Assembly: GCA_028534125.1 (NCBI GenBank)
Contig: CM052817.1
Location: forward strand, 51,276,001-51,340,000
DNA: 64,000 nt
From: Lama glama
Lineage: Eukaryota
Direction of reading: 5' to 3'
The notes under the pieces are model-generated. The model saw only the letters and a program-made list of their open reading frames with translations. It was not told the DNA's origin and did no database searches. Shown here piece by piece: positions 1-14,442 of this stretch (positions are counted from its first letter, which is position 1; each line of letters starts with the position of its first letter). The position numbers and the translations under genes are program-made.

Positions 1-1002
1 ATCGCCCGTCTTGCCATCCATTTTTAAGGGACCAACTGAAAACTTTAAACATGGGAAATAATACTAAACAAAAAAATATAGCAATTTCTGTCCTGAAACT
101 ACAATCTCTCGGCATATTTTCCCCTTAAGTGACATGAATTTTGTGCCAGATTTAGACAATTGACAGAATTATGCATGTGTAGTGGCTTGGTGCCTTTTCT
201 GTCATGTGAAATAGAACTTCTAAAATGTCTTAGGGCTCAGCCAGAAGCTTTACCACATTTCCTGCATAGGAAGTTGGACTCACTGTAGTCTTAAAGCAAG
301 CCTGCTGGTGAATGAAGTCATAATTCTGTAAAAGTGAGGCCATTGCAGGCTAAAAAAGAATAAAAGGGCTGTTGCTATGAGGCTGGCAAGCTGTAGGTCA
401 TAAACACATTGTTTAAAAACAAAGAAATCAACAGTTCAACACACAAAGAAAAGATGTAAACCTGATGCTTTGAGAAACTCTTCACAGTGATAGTTTGCCT
501 GCTTTTTGGATTTCACAGGAAAATTGAATAGCTATTGTCTCTTTCACTCTGTTTTATCAAAGTAAAAAAAAAGTGGTCAATGGTCAATCATTTGAGTTAT
601 ATTTTGCCATGCTTAACTCAAAATCAATCAGAAGAATGTTAATTATTTAGCATTTTATGGTGATTGGACAGGGCAAACTTTACTCTGATTCTTTCCTACA
701 CAATATTTCACTATACATAACTTAAATAAACATATCATTCAAGAAATGAGCATTCAATCCCTAATATGATAAACCCATTGTATTCATAATAATTGGTTAT
801 ATAATTTGCATAATTTAATTTCATTATGTCTTATTTTATATTTAACCATTCTACTTTTAAGTTTTTTGATGTTCTATGATCTGAATAATTTTGCATTAGC
901 TTAAACATATCAAGAGAAATTTGATTCTTCATCAGACGGGCTTTCTTATGTTCTAAATAAAGTCACAATCATCAAAGAAATTAATTAAAGGTAGCAAGTC
1001 AC

Positions 1003-1105
1003 AGTATTTTATTGAGTATCTACTATATGTTCAATTTCATGCTATGCACTTGAGTGGATCAAAATACATAAGATATACTCTTAGATTTTAGAATGCTGAC
1101 AACAT
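1003..1105 (-). mobile_element. L2 3'-end fragment (ancient)
   Basis: 'tattttattgagtatctactatatgttc...tgctatgcact' resembles the reverse complement of the L2 3' terminus; highly diverged. Confidence 0.45.
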
Positions 1106-3524
1106 ATCAAAATAGTTAAACAATTGATAAATAATGTATTCAAGAAGAGAAGAAGGGACTCAGAAAAAAAACAAAAAAAAACAAGGAATATAATTTTCAG
1201 GGAAGAATAGTTCAATTCCAATATTTATTTATGGATTTTTTTTCTCTCATTGTGCTAATTAGATCAAAAGAGGAATAACACATTGCTTTTGTTATTGCAT
1301 ACAGTCTATAAAAGAAACTGACAATAAGATAATCCAAAATAGGTATGCTTACAAATAACTTGCTTATTGTATAATATTATATAATTTACATATGTATCTT
1401 ATTATAGTGGTTCATGAGGTAGAGGATAATTTTGATTAATGAAGCTATTAACCGTTTTAAAATCTGGGTCAGATACTGAAACATGGTAGAAATAAGAAAC
1501 TGAAGTGGGGGAAGACATGGCAATCAGTAAAATAGTATGAATGGACAAATGAAGGCAAGTTCCAGGCATCTATAACAAAGAATAATGAGTCAAATTTAGC
1601 TGTTGTATAGGCTACCCAGATATAGCAGTGAGAGAAAAAAAATCTCAGGCATTTACTTGGGTTGTAATAAGGAATGCTTAAATCCCTGGCCGAGAAGACT
1701 AAATGTCGACTAATGAAAACTGCTTTGTGTCATTCAGCTCTGTAACATAATAATCCAATTTATTTCATAACTAGAATGTACTGCAATAACAAATTAAATA
1801 AAAAATGCAAACAAGTGTATTGTTTAAAAACCATTCACAAAGAAGTGTTGAAATAATTTTAAATTATATATGATTCCAATCTAACACATTAAAGTAGTTA
1901 CAAATTCAGGAAATTGTGCCTAATGAATTTTTGAAATTTGGTAAGAAAAAAATGTGACATTTTTTCACATCTCTTATCACTTATATACACTGGGTACAGA
2001 TTTTATTTGGTGTTCACTCACAGCATGATTAAAATGTCAAATTTTAATGTAATCCAAACACATGGAAGAAAAGAAAGAAAACGAGAGCCAACGTAATTGA
2101 AAAGCTCAGTCCTAGACCTTCAGTTCAAACTTTTTCCCCAAGGCACAAGTTTAACTTTTTTTTTTAAATCATGAAGCCTTGGGCTTTTTCTCATTGTTTA
2201 ATTTATAGATAACTATAACATGCTCAGAAACAACAACAATAGAAAATATGAACTGCATAAATCACATCTGACTGCTAGAGGGACTCATTTGGAGAATTTT
2301 AAACTCTTAATTTTATTGAAGAATAAGCAGCTTGACAGATACACTAAATGAACTAAGTAAAGCAATTAATGTAGTTTCTATTTTCATTCATATCTTTCCC
2401 ATACTCTTGATCTTGGACTTTTTTTTGACCAGCAGATGTTTTTTCAGATTGATCAAAAGATAAATGGGAAAGAGTTTAAAATAACACAAGGGGGGTGTAA
2501 AAGGAAGGCAGAATATCATAACATTCTTAATAGAAACTATAAATTCAGTTGTATGTCTAATATACACTAATGGCATTGTTAAAAATACTATTCAATTGTG
2601 ATTCTCACCCAGTGTTCCATAGTAACACTTGAAGATGTACTCAAAATTCAGCAGTCAGTTGTAGACTTCTGTACTGTTACCATGTGGCAAAATATGTTCA
2701 AAACTTTTTGTCCAATTTGAAGTCCAAGAATATGGAGGGAGGGAGTAACTTTTATTCCTTCCACATAAAACAAAAGTTTAGTAACATTTATCAGATATCA
2801 CAAAGCTCATCTTTTCACACAAACTAGTCTTTAATACAGGTCATACAGTAGGTGAAAAAGTGTTATTTTTCCTGAGCTATCTCTCTATTGTCATAAAGCA
2901 TCTATTTTTCACAAAGCATTCTATTTTTCTCTAACATGGGTCACACCGTTGGTTAGAAGCTGTGATTTACCCCTAGGCTATCTATGTATACAAACCGGTA
3001 AAAAAAAAAAAATCAACACAACCATATGTAGTGTACAAGAGTATGACGGAGAAGTGATTAAAAATAATATTTTCATTTTTATTTCCTTTCTGCTTCATTA
3101 GCTCATCCATCAGACAATAAACTTTAATAAAATTGATTATTTCAAATGAATACACATTTTTGGTCTTCCTGCCTACTGTCATGGCTCAGGTTTTCATCAT
3201 TTACCATCTTGACTCCAATAACAATCTAGTTTCAGTTACTCCCATTACTTAGAAAATTTTCTTAAAGGTATAACTTGAACTCAGAGAACCAGAATACTTG
3301 TGTCTCATGCAAACAGAAGTTGCAGAATCAGTGACATAAAGAAAAATCAATGACCTAAGAAAAAAGTCCAAATTTATTAGTAATTGTTTACTAGCCTTCC
3401 TCATTTAGCTTTGCCTGTATCTCCAGTTTTTACCTTATCAATCCACACAGGCAAGTTCTAGTGGAAACAATTCCTTGTGTATCCCATTCTCTTATACTTT
3501 TGTTTTTTCACGTGTCCCTTTTCT

Positions 3525-4858
3525 TTTTTAACTTTTTTTAAAATTGAAGTATAGTCAGTTTACAATATTGTGTCAATTTCTTGTGTACAGCGCAATGCTT
3601 CAGTCATACATGAATATACATACATTTGTTTTCATATTCTTTTTCACCATAAGCTACAAGATATTGAATATAATTCCCTGTGCTATACAGTATAAACTTG
3701 TGTATCTATTTTATATAGACCAGTCAGTATCTGCAAATCTCGAACTCCCAATTTATTCCTTCCCACCCTCATCCCCCCTGCTAACCATAAGTTTGTTTTC
3801 TATGTCTGAGTGTGTTTCTGTTTTAGTTCATTTGTCTTTTTTTTTTTTTTTTGAAGATTCCACATATGAGTGGTACCATATGGATTTTTCTTTCTGTTTT
3901 TGGCTTACTTCACTTAGAATGACATTCTCCAGGTCCATCCATGTTGCTGAAAATGGCATTATTTTATTATTCGTATAGCTGAGTAATATTCCATTATATA
4001 AATATACCACAACTTCTTTATCCAGCAATCTGTCTATGGACATTTAGGTTGTTTCCATGTCTCGGCTATTGTAAATAGTGCTGCTATGAACACTGGGGTG
4101 CAGGTGTCTTTTTGAACTAAGGTTTCCTCTGGGTATATGCCCAGGAGTCGGATTGCTGGATCATATGATAAGACTATTTTTAGTTTTATGAGGAATCTCC
4201 ATACTGTTTTCCATAATGGCTGCACCAAACTGCATTCCTACTAATAGTGTAGGAGGGTTCCCTTTTCTCCACACCCTCTCCAGCATTTATTGTTTGTGGA
4301 CTTTTGAATGAAGGCCATTCTGACTGTGTGAGGTGATACCTCACTGTAGTTTTGATTTGCATTTCTCTGATAATTAGTGATACTGAGCATTTTCTCATGT
4401 GCCTATTGGCCATTCATATGTTTTCATTGAAGAATTGCTTGTTCAGGTCTTCTCCCCCTTTTTGGATTGGGTTGTTTGTTCTTTTGTTATTTAGCTGTAT
4501 GAGCTGTTTATATATTCTGGAATCAAACCCTTGTCAGTCTCATTTTTTGCAAATATCTCCTACTCTGTAGGTTGTCTTTTGTTTTTGCTTATTGTTACCT
4601 TTGCTGTGCTAAAGCTTGTAAGTTTAGTTAGGTCCCATTTGTTTATTTTTGCTTTTATTTCTATTGCCCGGGTAGACTCTCCTAGGAGAACATTGCTGGG
4701 ATGTATGTCAGATAATGTTCTGCCTGTGTTTTCTTCTAGGAGATTCACTGTGTCTTGTCTTATGTTTAAGTCTTTAAGCCATTTTGAGTTTATTTTTGTG
4801 TATGGGGTGAGGGAGTATTCTAACTTCATTGATTTACATGCAGCTGTCCAGTTTCTCA
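3525..4858 (-). mobile_element. 5'-truncated LINE-1 (ORF2 C-terminus + 3'UTR + poly-A), lineage-specific
   Basis: Minus-strand ORFs 4560-4859 (LTPYTKINSKWLKDLNIR..KINKWDL), 4186-4413 ([20 protein letters not shown]) and 4034-4228 ([26 protein letters not shown]) are L1 ORF2p C-terminus; T-rich tail near 3525-3540; likely TSD TGTCCCTTTTCT (3513-3524) / TGTCCTTTTTCT (4859-4870). Confidence 0.96.
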
Positions 4859-4929
4859 TGTCCTTTTTCTATCACCCCAAACATTATTTTGGTAATTTCC
4901 TACTTTAATACTGATGCTTATCTCCAAAA

Positions 4930-5350
4930 GTCTTTATATATAACCTTCTATTATAGCACCCCTTGGTTTATCTACATACTTGTTCCCCTTGTTTTTTAGA
5001 CCATGAACTATTAAAGCACAGGAAAGCTGCTTTATTTATTTGTGTACCCCAATAGCTAAGGTCAGTGTGTCATGTAAGTAGATCTTCAGTCCTATTTTTT
5101 GGAAGGAAAGAATAAAACCTTCCAGAGTCACCTGGGCAGATCACACAGATCATATTTGTATTTTCAAAGCACTAGTGCCTTCTTCTACTGAAGAAAATGT
5201 CTATATGGTGATGTAAATTTATTGTTCAAGTATACATGACCCCAACTAGAGAGTGAGGTTCTTTTGTGAAACAACTATCTTGTTTATTTATTTTGCCCAT
5301 TACTTGAAACAGTGATTTGCCCTAAATAGTGATATTCAGTGATTACTCAA
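4930..5350 (+). mobile_element. Two L2 3'-end fragments (approx. 4930-5100 and 5240-5350)
   Basis: 'tagaccatgaactattaaagcacaggaaagctgctttatttatttgtgtacccc' and 'ctagagagtgaggttcttt..tatcttgtttatt' resemble the L2 3' terminus. Confidence 0.55.
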
Positions 5351-5786
5351 TGATTTCTCAAATTCTCTGATTATTACAGCTAGGCCAATTATGAAGAAAA
5401 TTATTTTCACAGCTGATTAACTGAGAATTATGAATTGTAAAACAAGGTTTTGTTCTTTGCTTGTATAAATGGACTCTTAGTTGGAAATCCTTTCATTGCA
5501 TAGTGTCCATTATAATACTTTAAGTTCATTAATTTGTTTACATGACTTGCATATATGTCAGTTCCCTACCTTCAGTAATATAGAGTATAATGTTCATGAC
5601 TACATAGGACAAGGCCCTCTTAAAATGAAAAGGTGCTATATTCTTCCAAATATAGTATAATCACATGCAGGAAAGAGACCACTAATATGTAAAATGGGCA
5701 ATATCCAGAATCAAAGGTAATATCCAGAAACATATATATTTATATATCTATATATGCTTAGTCAACTTCCGTGTCTCTCACAAAGC

Positions 5787-5965
5787 TCTGTGACTTTGAG
5801 CACATTAACATTACCTTTCTTTGTCTCAGTTTCCTCAACTATAAAATGGAGTAAGTATTTTACCTAAGTCACTTAGTTACTGTATGGATGGAATTGATTA
5901 ATGTAAAACAACCTTACAAAACTTCCTCAAAGATATAAAATACTCATAAATAAAAAGTATCATTA
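5787..5965 (+). mobile_element. MIR SINE fragment
   Basis: MIR core-like 'tgtgtgactttgagcaca..tctcagtttcctcaactataaaatggag'. Confidence 0.7.
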
Positions 5966-8929
5966 ATTGGCTGGTTCAAATCAACATATTATGGGCTCTG
6001 CTGACCTGAATGATCCTACTTGGGAAGATCTCTAGTTTTAAATGCATATTTCAGTATTTCAAATGAGAACATTTCATGTTCTTAAATGCCATCTTTACCT
6101 TTGTCAAACACCTAAATAAGTACAATAATTTCATATGTTATATTAAAATACAGTATTATTAATGACTAATTATATACTATTAGTTATATATATATATAAC
6201 TAATAATATTAGTAGTCATAATAGTTACTAACTAGGTAGATATATACCACATTTGAAACAGTAGAGAGATGGATATTGTTAAGCATAAAAAAAGATGTTC
6301 CAATTTTCACGCTGGAAAATCTTAAATTGTCTGGATTTTGTTCTTTCATAATTGAAATTTCCTGAGTTAATAAGAGTACTTCAAAACGATGGCCTAATAT
6401 CAAATTTGCAATAAAATACGTATTTTATTTGCAATTTAAGAAAGGCCAAAATAAAAATCTTTCTTATTTGATCAGATTGTTAAGTGCCAAACAATATCTG
6501 ACATTCTTTAAAGGTTCATACAAACTTTAAATAAGAAAAAACAACAAACTTACACAGTTGCCTAATGTTAACACTATTAATAATAATAATAAATATATAA
6601 TATACAATGTATATAATAATAAAACTAATAATAGCATTAATAATAAAGCTATTAATATAAAGACATCCTTATTGAATAAAAATTAGCACATTTCTAAAAT
6701 ATGCTTTAAAATATTTCAACTCAACTTGAAATTATTAAATTTAATACTGATATTCAAGTTTTGATAACACTGAATACCTGTGCCAAAGAGACAAAGGCCT
6801 CCTTCAGCCTGTTAAATTTGTATAAGAAATAAGATAAAAGCAGTATCTCAAGTCAGATCTCTCCCAAATGCATGCTTCTGGCATGTGAACATAAAAGCAA
6901 ATGCAAGAAAAAAGAAAAAAGGAAGAACTGAACATTTAAGGCTGCTTACTGATAATCACTCTGTTTTAATGTCTTCAAAATAAAAATATACTTGTGCTAA
7001 ATCTAACTATTCTGCTTTAAAACAGAGATTAGTAGAAAAGACAATTTTCCAACTTTTGACAGGATTTATTTTGATTTCATATTTTCCATATAATAGGTGT
7101 TTAGTAAATGCTGAGTTTAATAATATGACCTAACCATCTTAAAAATTCATTCTGAATCGTGGAGAATCCCCCATTATGAGTGTCATCTTTCTTTATTTTT
7201 CTCTTTGAGGAATGCCTAATGAATCTTGATAAGGAAACTGAATCAGGAAGTTGGTTTAAGATTACTAAGGAAAAAAATCTGTGGCATGGCAAATTGGATG
7301 GGAGCAAATAAGACTATAAAGCAATACATTTAACTGAACTTGAAGAGCAAAGAGGAAAAGAAACACAGAAAACAAATTTTTAGTAGAAAGACGTTAAGGA
7401 TGAGTATTTCAAGTTGGAAAACACAGAGCCAATAAAAAGACTTACAGAGAATAAAATAACAAAATAAGAGATACATTTTTTGTAAATATACTTTGAATGC
7501 TCTAAGAAAAAAATGGGTGTGAGAACACTGTGGTGACAGACATGAAAAGTGAGCAAAAGATAGTGAAGGATAAAACAAAGTTAGAAAAGTCAGGAGGAGA
7601 TGAAATGGATAGAGTCAGGCATTTTCATATGTCAAAAACTCTTGGCTCTATTGAAAGAAAATTATTATCATAATTAACAAAAAGTATAAACAGACAGAAT
7701 TTAGTGTAAATCCAAGTATCCAGCTGCAGTACTTAGGTCAGTATTTATTATTTCTTTTAAAATCCTTTGCTCCAGGATAATATTTAAACAATTAAGGGTG
7801 AATTATTTTATGTGTTTATAATTATAAGAAAAGTTGCACCGTTGTACAGTACTCCACAATTAATGGTGATAAGTGCACCTAAGGACAGAATTTATCAATT
7901 CTTATCCATCTTTTACCACAAATGTGGTTTGTTATGATTTTTATTATTAGTTTGTATCTTTAATTTTTAGAATCAATCATTTTTGGAGCACTGAATTGTC
8001 ATTTTCAGATAAAAATAAAAACTCTTAGTGAAATCATCAGAGTTGGACAGCAGATAAAATGACAATATGACAGCTTCTATTTCAGTAAAAATCATTTATA
8101 TTCCATTTTAATTTATACCTCACAAGGTATTCATGAGTTTCCCTTAAGCTAGACCAATCATGCATCCAGATTTTCATAACAAAAGTGAATTTTTTATGCT
8201 ATTTATAAAAATTTGTCATTGAAAATTAAAAGATCTAATTCAATAATAATCTGTGCATTTTTTGAAGATTTTTTGTTAATTTGTTTTTAATACTCAGTTT
8301 CTTGGTACTTGATTTTTTTCAGGAGGACATTCATTCTTAAGTAGTTCTTTGGTCAGGAGGAATGCCATCCTCATTCCATCTTTCATCAAGAGAATATCCA
8401 CCCAATGCTTACATTAAAAATATATATAAATCTCCAAATGAGCTATTTAACTCAGAACTGCCCGACTCTAAAATTTATATTTGCCTTTGATAAAGTAATT
8501 AGTGCATAAAAGTAAAAGGTTCAAATGTGTCACTTTTGTCCTATTCAAAAAAGAGTCATTAACCCAAAAACTTTAAAGATAGAGGGACGAGAGAATTAAA
8601 GCTGGCTACAACAAGTTTTATTAGATATCAATAGATTTCTAACTGAAGCCATTTCTCAAATAATGGCTATGAAAAAAAAATCTTTCCTTACAAAACCTGG
8701 TTATCCTCTGTTTCCTTCTCAAAACAATTTAGTTGTTGACTACATTCACAGAGTGAAAAACAGATGCTCTAGGCTTGTTGGTTTGCCACCACTGTACTTT
8801 TCCAAACATGCTCTATTAGAATCACTGAACAAGTTGTTGCTTGAATATACTTTATATGATTCAACACCCTTAGTTTCTCTCTTAGTGATCCTAAAAATCT
8901 CTTTTTTTCCTTTTCCCTCCCTGAATCTT

Positions 8930-9110
8930 GCATGGCAAAAATTCTGGAGTTTAAATTTCATCTCTTCTACTTCCTAGCTGTGTGATCTTCAATAAATTAA
9001 GTAGTCTGCTTCAGTTTCCTCATCTGTTAAATGAGGATAAAAATAGTATATACCTGATATGAATAAATGAGTTAATTCACATGAACATTTAGAATAGCTT
9101 CTAGATTAAC
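8930..9110 (+). mobile_element. MIR SINE
   Basis: 'cttcctagctgtgtgatcttcaataaattaa..tcagtttcctcatctgttaaatgaggataa..taaatgagttaat' matches the MIR core. Confidence 0.8.
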
Positions 9111-9417
9111 CTACTGATTACTTTTGTCTACAGGGCACAGAGTATTTTACTTTTTAGAACTCTTAAAGAACAAGATAAATGTTACCAGGTCATGAATAGT
9201 GTGTAGTAAGCTACACTATCTAGGCCCAGTCTGGGTTTGAAGACTGGAGAGAATAATCATTTGGAACGGATTCAATGCTGGTTCCACAGATTTGCTACCA
9301 AATCACCTATCAAGCAGTTCAAAGAATATATTCCAGATAATACCACAGTGAAAGAATGGATGCAAGTCATGGTTCCTCCCTAGTTCTCCAATGGAAGTAC
9401 TCCCTACCATGCTGAAA

Positions 9418-9860
9418 CTGTAGTATCCTAAAGACTAAAAGCCAGAAAGTCTATTGAATTACATGCAGGAAGATTATTTAGAGTGTATCCAGGATCTATA
9501 CCTAAAATAATATAAGGGAAACAAGATTAAGTAGAAGGAGAAGTTGAAATGTGAAGTGTTTCAATAGATAGCTCAGATGATTTCATGGTGAGCTCTGGAA
9601 ATAAAGTGGCTCACAAAGTTGTCTCAAAATGATTTAAGGGGATCAGACTTTGTACCTTCTTCATCAACCAGTCATTGGATATGAATTGCCTCAGGGAGGG
9701 GTCATGGAACTTCATGGAGGAAGCTCCTTTTCTATGAAGGCAACCCAGAGATAAATGTGGTACAGCTATGCAGCTGACACCACCAGCAGCTAGGGGAACA
9801 TGTGCCTCAGTCCTGTAGGAGAGATCTAATGGAGCATCTCTGTAGGTCTATAGCCTACAG
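9418..9860 (-). mobile_element. Solo ERVL LTR, LTR16-like
   Basis: 'gcaggaagattattta..ggagaagttgaaatgtga..gagctctgga..ccagtcattggatatgaattgcc' follows the recalled LTR16A consensus (reverse strand). Confidence 0.65.
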
Positions 9861-9923
9861 CAGATTATATTTTATTAGGATGTGTTCAAAACCAGAAGAA
9901 AAAATGTATGATCAAGATGCTTA

Positions 9924-11285
9924 TCATGTTTTGTCTTATATTTAGGTCTTTAAGCCATTTTGAGTTTATTTTTGTGTGAGGGAGTGTTCTAACTTCATTG
10001 ATTTACATGCTGCTGTCCAGTTCTCCCAACATCACTTGCTGAAGACAATGTCTTTTCTCCATTGTATATTCTTGTCTCCTTTGTCAAAGATTAATTGACT
10101 TAAGGTCTGAGGGTTTATTTCTGGGCCCTCTATTCTATGCCATTGATCCAGATGTCTGTTTTTATGCCAATACCACACAATTTTTATTACTGTAGCTCTG
10201 CAGTATTGTCTGAAGTCTGTGAGGGTTATGCCTCCAGCTTTGTTCTTTTTCTTCAGTATTGCTTTGGCAATTCTGGGGTTTTTTTGTGATTACATATAAA
10301 TTTTAGGATTATTTGTTCTTAGTTCTGTGAAAAATGTCATGGGTAATATGACCTAAATAAGCAATTCTCCAATGAAGACATACAAATGGCCAAAAGGCAC
10401 GTGAAAAACAGCTCAATATTGCTAATTATCAGAGAAACGCAAATCAAAACTACAATGAGGTATCACCTCACATAAGTCAGAATGGCGATCATGCAAAAGT
10501 CCACAAACAATAAATGCTGGAGAGGGTATGGAGAAAAGGGAACCCTCCTACACTGTTGGCAGGAATGTAGTGTAGTGCAACCATTATGGAAAATGGTATA
10601 GAGATTCCTCATAAAACTAAAAATAGACTTATCATATGATCCAGCAATCCAACTCTGAGGCATATATCTGGAGGGAACTCTAATTCAAAAAGATACATGC
10701 ACCCCAATGTCCATAGCAGAGCTATATACAGTAGCCGAGACATGGAAGCAACCTAAATGTCCATAGACAGACGACTGCATAAAGAAGTTGTGGTATATTT
10801 ATACAATGGAAGAGTACTCAGCCATAAAAAAATAATAAAATAATGCCATTTGTAGCAACATGGATAGACCTAGAGATCATCATTCTAACTTAAGACAGAA
10901 ACAAAAATAAAAATACCATATGATATCACTCATATGTGGAATCCAAAAAAAAAAAAAAAAAAAAAGAGGACACTAATGAACTTATCTAAAAAACAGACTC
11001 GCAGACATAGTAAACAATCTTATGGTTACCGGGGGAAAGTGGGTAGGAAAAGATAAATTTGAGAATTTGAGATTTGCAAATGTTAGCCACTACAAATAAA
11101 AATAGATTAAAAAATAAATTTCTTCTGTATAGCACAGGGAACTATATTCAGTAACTCATAACCATTAATGAAAAAGAACATGAAAATGAATATATGTATG
11201 TATACGCATGACAGGGACACTGTGCTGTACACCAGAAATTGACACATAGCAACTGACTATACTTCAGTTAAAAAAAATAGAAAAA
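9924..11285 (+). mobile_element. LINE-1 with 5' inversion (inverted ORF2 piece ~9927-10347 on -, sense ORF2 end + 3'UTR + A-tail 10350-11285)
   Basis: Orientation switch at 10347/10350; sense part reads [22 protein letters not shown]..; A-rich tail; exact TSD AAGATGCTTA at 9914-9923 and 11286-11295. Confidence 0.95.
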
Positions 11286-13139
11286 AAGATGCTTACAACT
11301 AATTTAAGTTAGTGCAGAAGAAAGTCATTTACATATTCATCAAGGTAGTCAACAAGAAGATGCAAGAGAGTGAAAGGAATATTTTCCATTTGTGACTAGT
11401 TTTCCATTTTATCTTTCCCCTGTAAAAACACTAATTTCCCCATCACAATCATGTTAGACTGAAGGTATTTAAACAGGTTTAAATTATTTTCTACTCTCAG
11501 AAAATCACACAGAACTCTAATACAACTGTAACTGATTTCTAAAGAGTTTTTATATGAATATCTGTGGGCAGAATTTAGCCCATTTTTCTCATCTCTATTA
11601 TGGTTGAGTTTAAAGTTTACTGATAACTTCAGTGAAGAGTGTGATTAAAAATATCTTATGCATATTTAAATTGAGTAAATTTTTTTTCTGATCTTTCATG
11701 CCTGTGATGCAAAATCACTCCACTGGGTTAAACCTAATGCTTGATGGGTGCTATTCAAATATAAAATGTATAGCTTTAATAAAAACTTCTTAGGCATAAA
11801 AATTCTACTGAAACAGTCCAAGAAGGATAGAGTGTTTAGAAACGACTGGGAGAGCATGTAAAGGAGTAAACTGCACTATAATATTTAAGTTTATTCACTT
11901 TGATTTCAGTATTTAGTTTATATATGTCACTTTAACAGACAAAGAATTGATAAATGAAACTTCATGGGGTAGAAATAAATATAGTATACCATTTATTAAT
12001 TTTTGTCTGAGGTTAAAGATGAATTCTTTTTTGTTTTTCTTTAAGTGGTGGTTTGACCATCACATCCTCATATGAATTATGGAAACCTGGAGTAAGTTCA
12101 GAGTAAGATACTAAACGTGTAATTTGAAATACTCATAAAAACAATTTAATTTTTAAAACTGAAATGGAAATTCTAAGGTGACAGGTCAAAATTAAAGTGA
12201 TATCCATTGGCTTTAAATGAAATACGCAGCCTGGAGTACTCTAAATGTTGTAGTGAATACTAAAATAAGCAGGAAGAATGAAATCTTTAAGATGACCCTT
12301 ACAGTCAGCATAAGGAACTAATATTACTGAAGTACTTAGCACCAGACAGTTTGTTAGGTGACCACACAGATTCATTTCCAAGTGACCAAACAGACGGAAA
12401 ACACTTTGCAAAATCTTTGATGAACGAATGAACCCATTTTTTTTTTTGTCACTTCTGTATGTTGGAATTAGGATAGATCTTTTAAGGAGCTTAAGATTTT
12501 CCAGAGAACTGAATTTTGGGTAATAAATAGTTATCATTTAAAAATACGTTAATTATATAATTAAGAAGTCTTAGTAACAAAAATATTATTAGTGTTTACT
12601 TATTAGTGACCTCAAGAATATCTACAAGTCGAATTGCAGATAAATAAGAGCTTTTAAGAGTTTGTCATTAAAATTTCCCAAAGATATTCTTCCCCTTAAT
12701 ATTTTCACTAATAGTTTATTACCTGCAGGTACCAACAACATACTGGGATACTGGGTACATCCTCAACTTTTATTTCCTTTAATTCTTACAAACCAGAGTA
12801 TGGATTATCTCAATTATTTTATAGATAACTAATATTTAATTAGATTAAATAATGAACCCCAAATCATACAGCAAATTCAACCCATTAGTCTTTGAGTCTG
12901 CCATGTTCTTTCCTGTACATGAAGTAATTCAATGTCTTGGTAAAATTTGGAAGGGCCACTATATAGGATCATTTGTCTAGATGTTATTATTTTTATCTTC
13001 CAAAGCCTCAGAAATATAAATTAAGCATGCTGTCTTATTAACGCATAACTGAGGAGACCCCAATGTTGAATCCTATAAAAAATTCCGTAAGGACTTTCTA
13101 TACAGCAACTATTTACCCAGCCTCAATCCATTTACTCTA

Positions 13140-13325
13140 ATAATAACAAGGAAGCCTACTAAACGTGTGCTAAATGCTGGGCAACGTGCCAAATATTTCA
13201 TGTTCACTACTCTTTATTCTTATAACTCTGAAAAAAAAGCATCTTTTACATTTGAAAAGTCAGGCTCAAAAGTTTGAATAACTTGCCCATCGTAGCACAG
13301 TTATCTATAGAGCTGGCATTTGAAT
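13140..13325 (-). mobile_element. MIR SINE fragment
   Basis: 'tgtgctaaatgctgggcaacgtgccaaatatttcatg..aggctcaaaagtttgaataacttgcccatcgtagcacag..agagctggcatttgaatc' matches reverse MIR. Confidence 0.7.
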
Positions 13326-14442
13326 CTATAAATTATATACAGACCTATTAATACCACAAAGATATATATTTAAAAGTAATGTGATGGTTAAACTAGGATG
13401 ATGAAAGGGAAAGCCCAGGGGAGAAGCTAAGAGAAAGGAGGCAGGTCTGGATTCATAGCGAAATGAGGGTGGGGAAGGACAGAAACTCTTATGAGCTCTT
13501 TTAAGCAATCTGAGAAATTTTCAAACCTTGCTCTGTGGCCCTGTGGCCAGTACCCATTTGGAAGTTACAAGAGCGGGATATCAAAACTTCTTACAGATGC
13601 TGTGAGTAGTAATTAGATAACTACTGAGCTCCTTAGAGAAAGGTTTCAGAATGCAATGTGTTAAAAACACGTGCACTGAGGCTCATTTGGTCTCTAACAC
13701 GATTGATGGGAATACAGAATATCTCACATTTGCAAAGGAAGGATAGTAGAGGGTACAAGAAAAATGGAGTCAAATACAGAGAGCATTTTTCTCTCATGGA
13801 CAGTCTGTATATCTGCAGCCAGACCCAGAAATTGCAGAGATAAACTCCATTAAAAAAAAAAAAAAGGAAAATCAGTTCCTGTAAACTAATCAGCTAACAG
13901 GATTAAGAGGAGAGGACCTAAAATACAGTATACAGGAAGTGAAGGAGAAAGAAACTGAAACCAAAGACTTACCAGCTGATGGGAGTGTGAGCCTTCCAAA
14001 TCAGTGAGTTTAGAGTTTGGTTCACAGTTGTGCCCAGGAGAAGGATTTCTTTCTGGCTTACACCTACTTTTGAAGTGAAAGGATTCTTAAACTAACAGAT
14101 TCAGGGAAAGTGGGACTAGGTAAGGGGGAATGTGTGCTGTTTATTTTCAGATTTGAGGCCGTAGTCAACATTTTCAGGAAGAGAAACGTCTTCAAATTAC
14201 ACAGGTTGGAAAAATATGTACAAGACACTTGCTTCAAAACGGATGATGTGGGTTTTATGCCTAAACTGCCTAAAACTACTATTGTGTGTACGTACATACA
14301 TACCTATAGATAAGATATGTGTTTAAATATATATATGTGTGTGCATATATGTATGAACATGTGTGGTAGCTTGTTACTGAAATAAATCAGGTCCATAATA
14401 TTACCCTGTTCCTCATATAATTATTATTGGTTGTATATGGAC

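Noticed and set aside
1947..1965. Inverted repeat AAAAAATGT-G-ACATTTTTT
   Set aside because: Short and mostly A/T runs; expected by chance in AT-rich DNA.
13918..13972. Minus-strand GTAAGT donor followed by a polypyrimidine-AG acceptor
   Set aside because: The implied 55-nt intron is below the usual mammalian minimum; either site might be used separately but sequence alone cannot support it.
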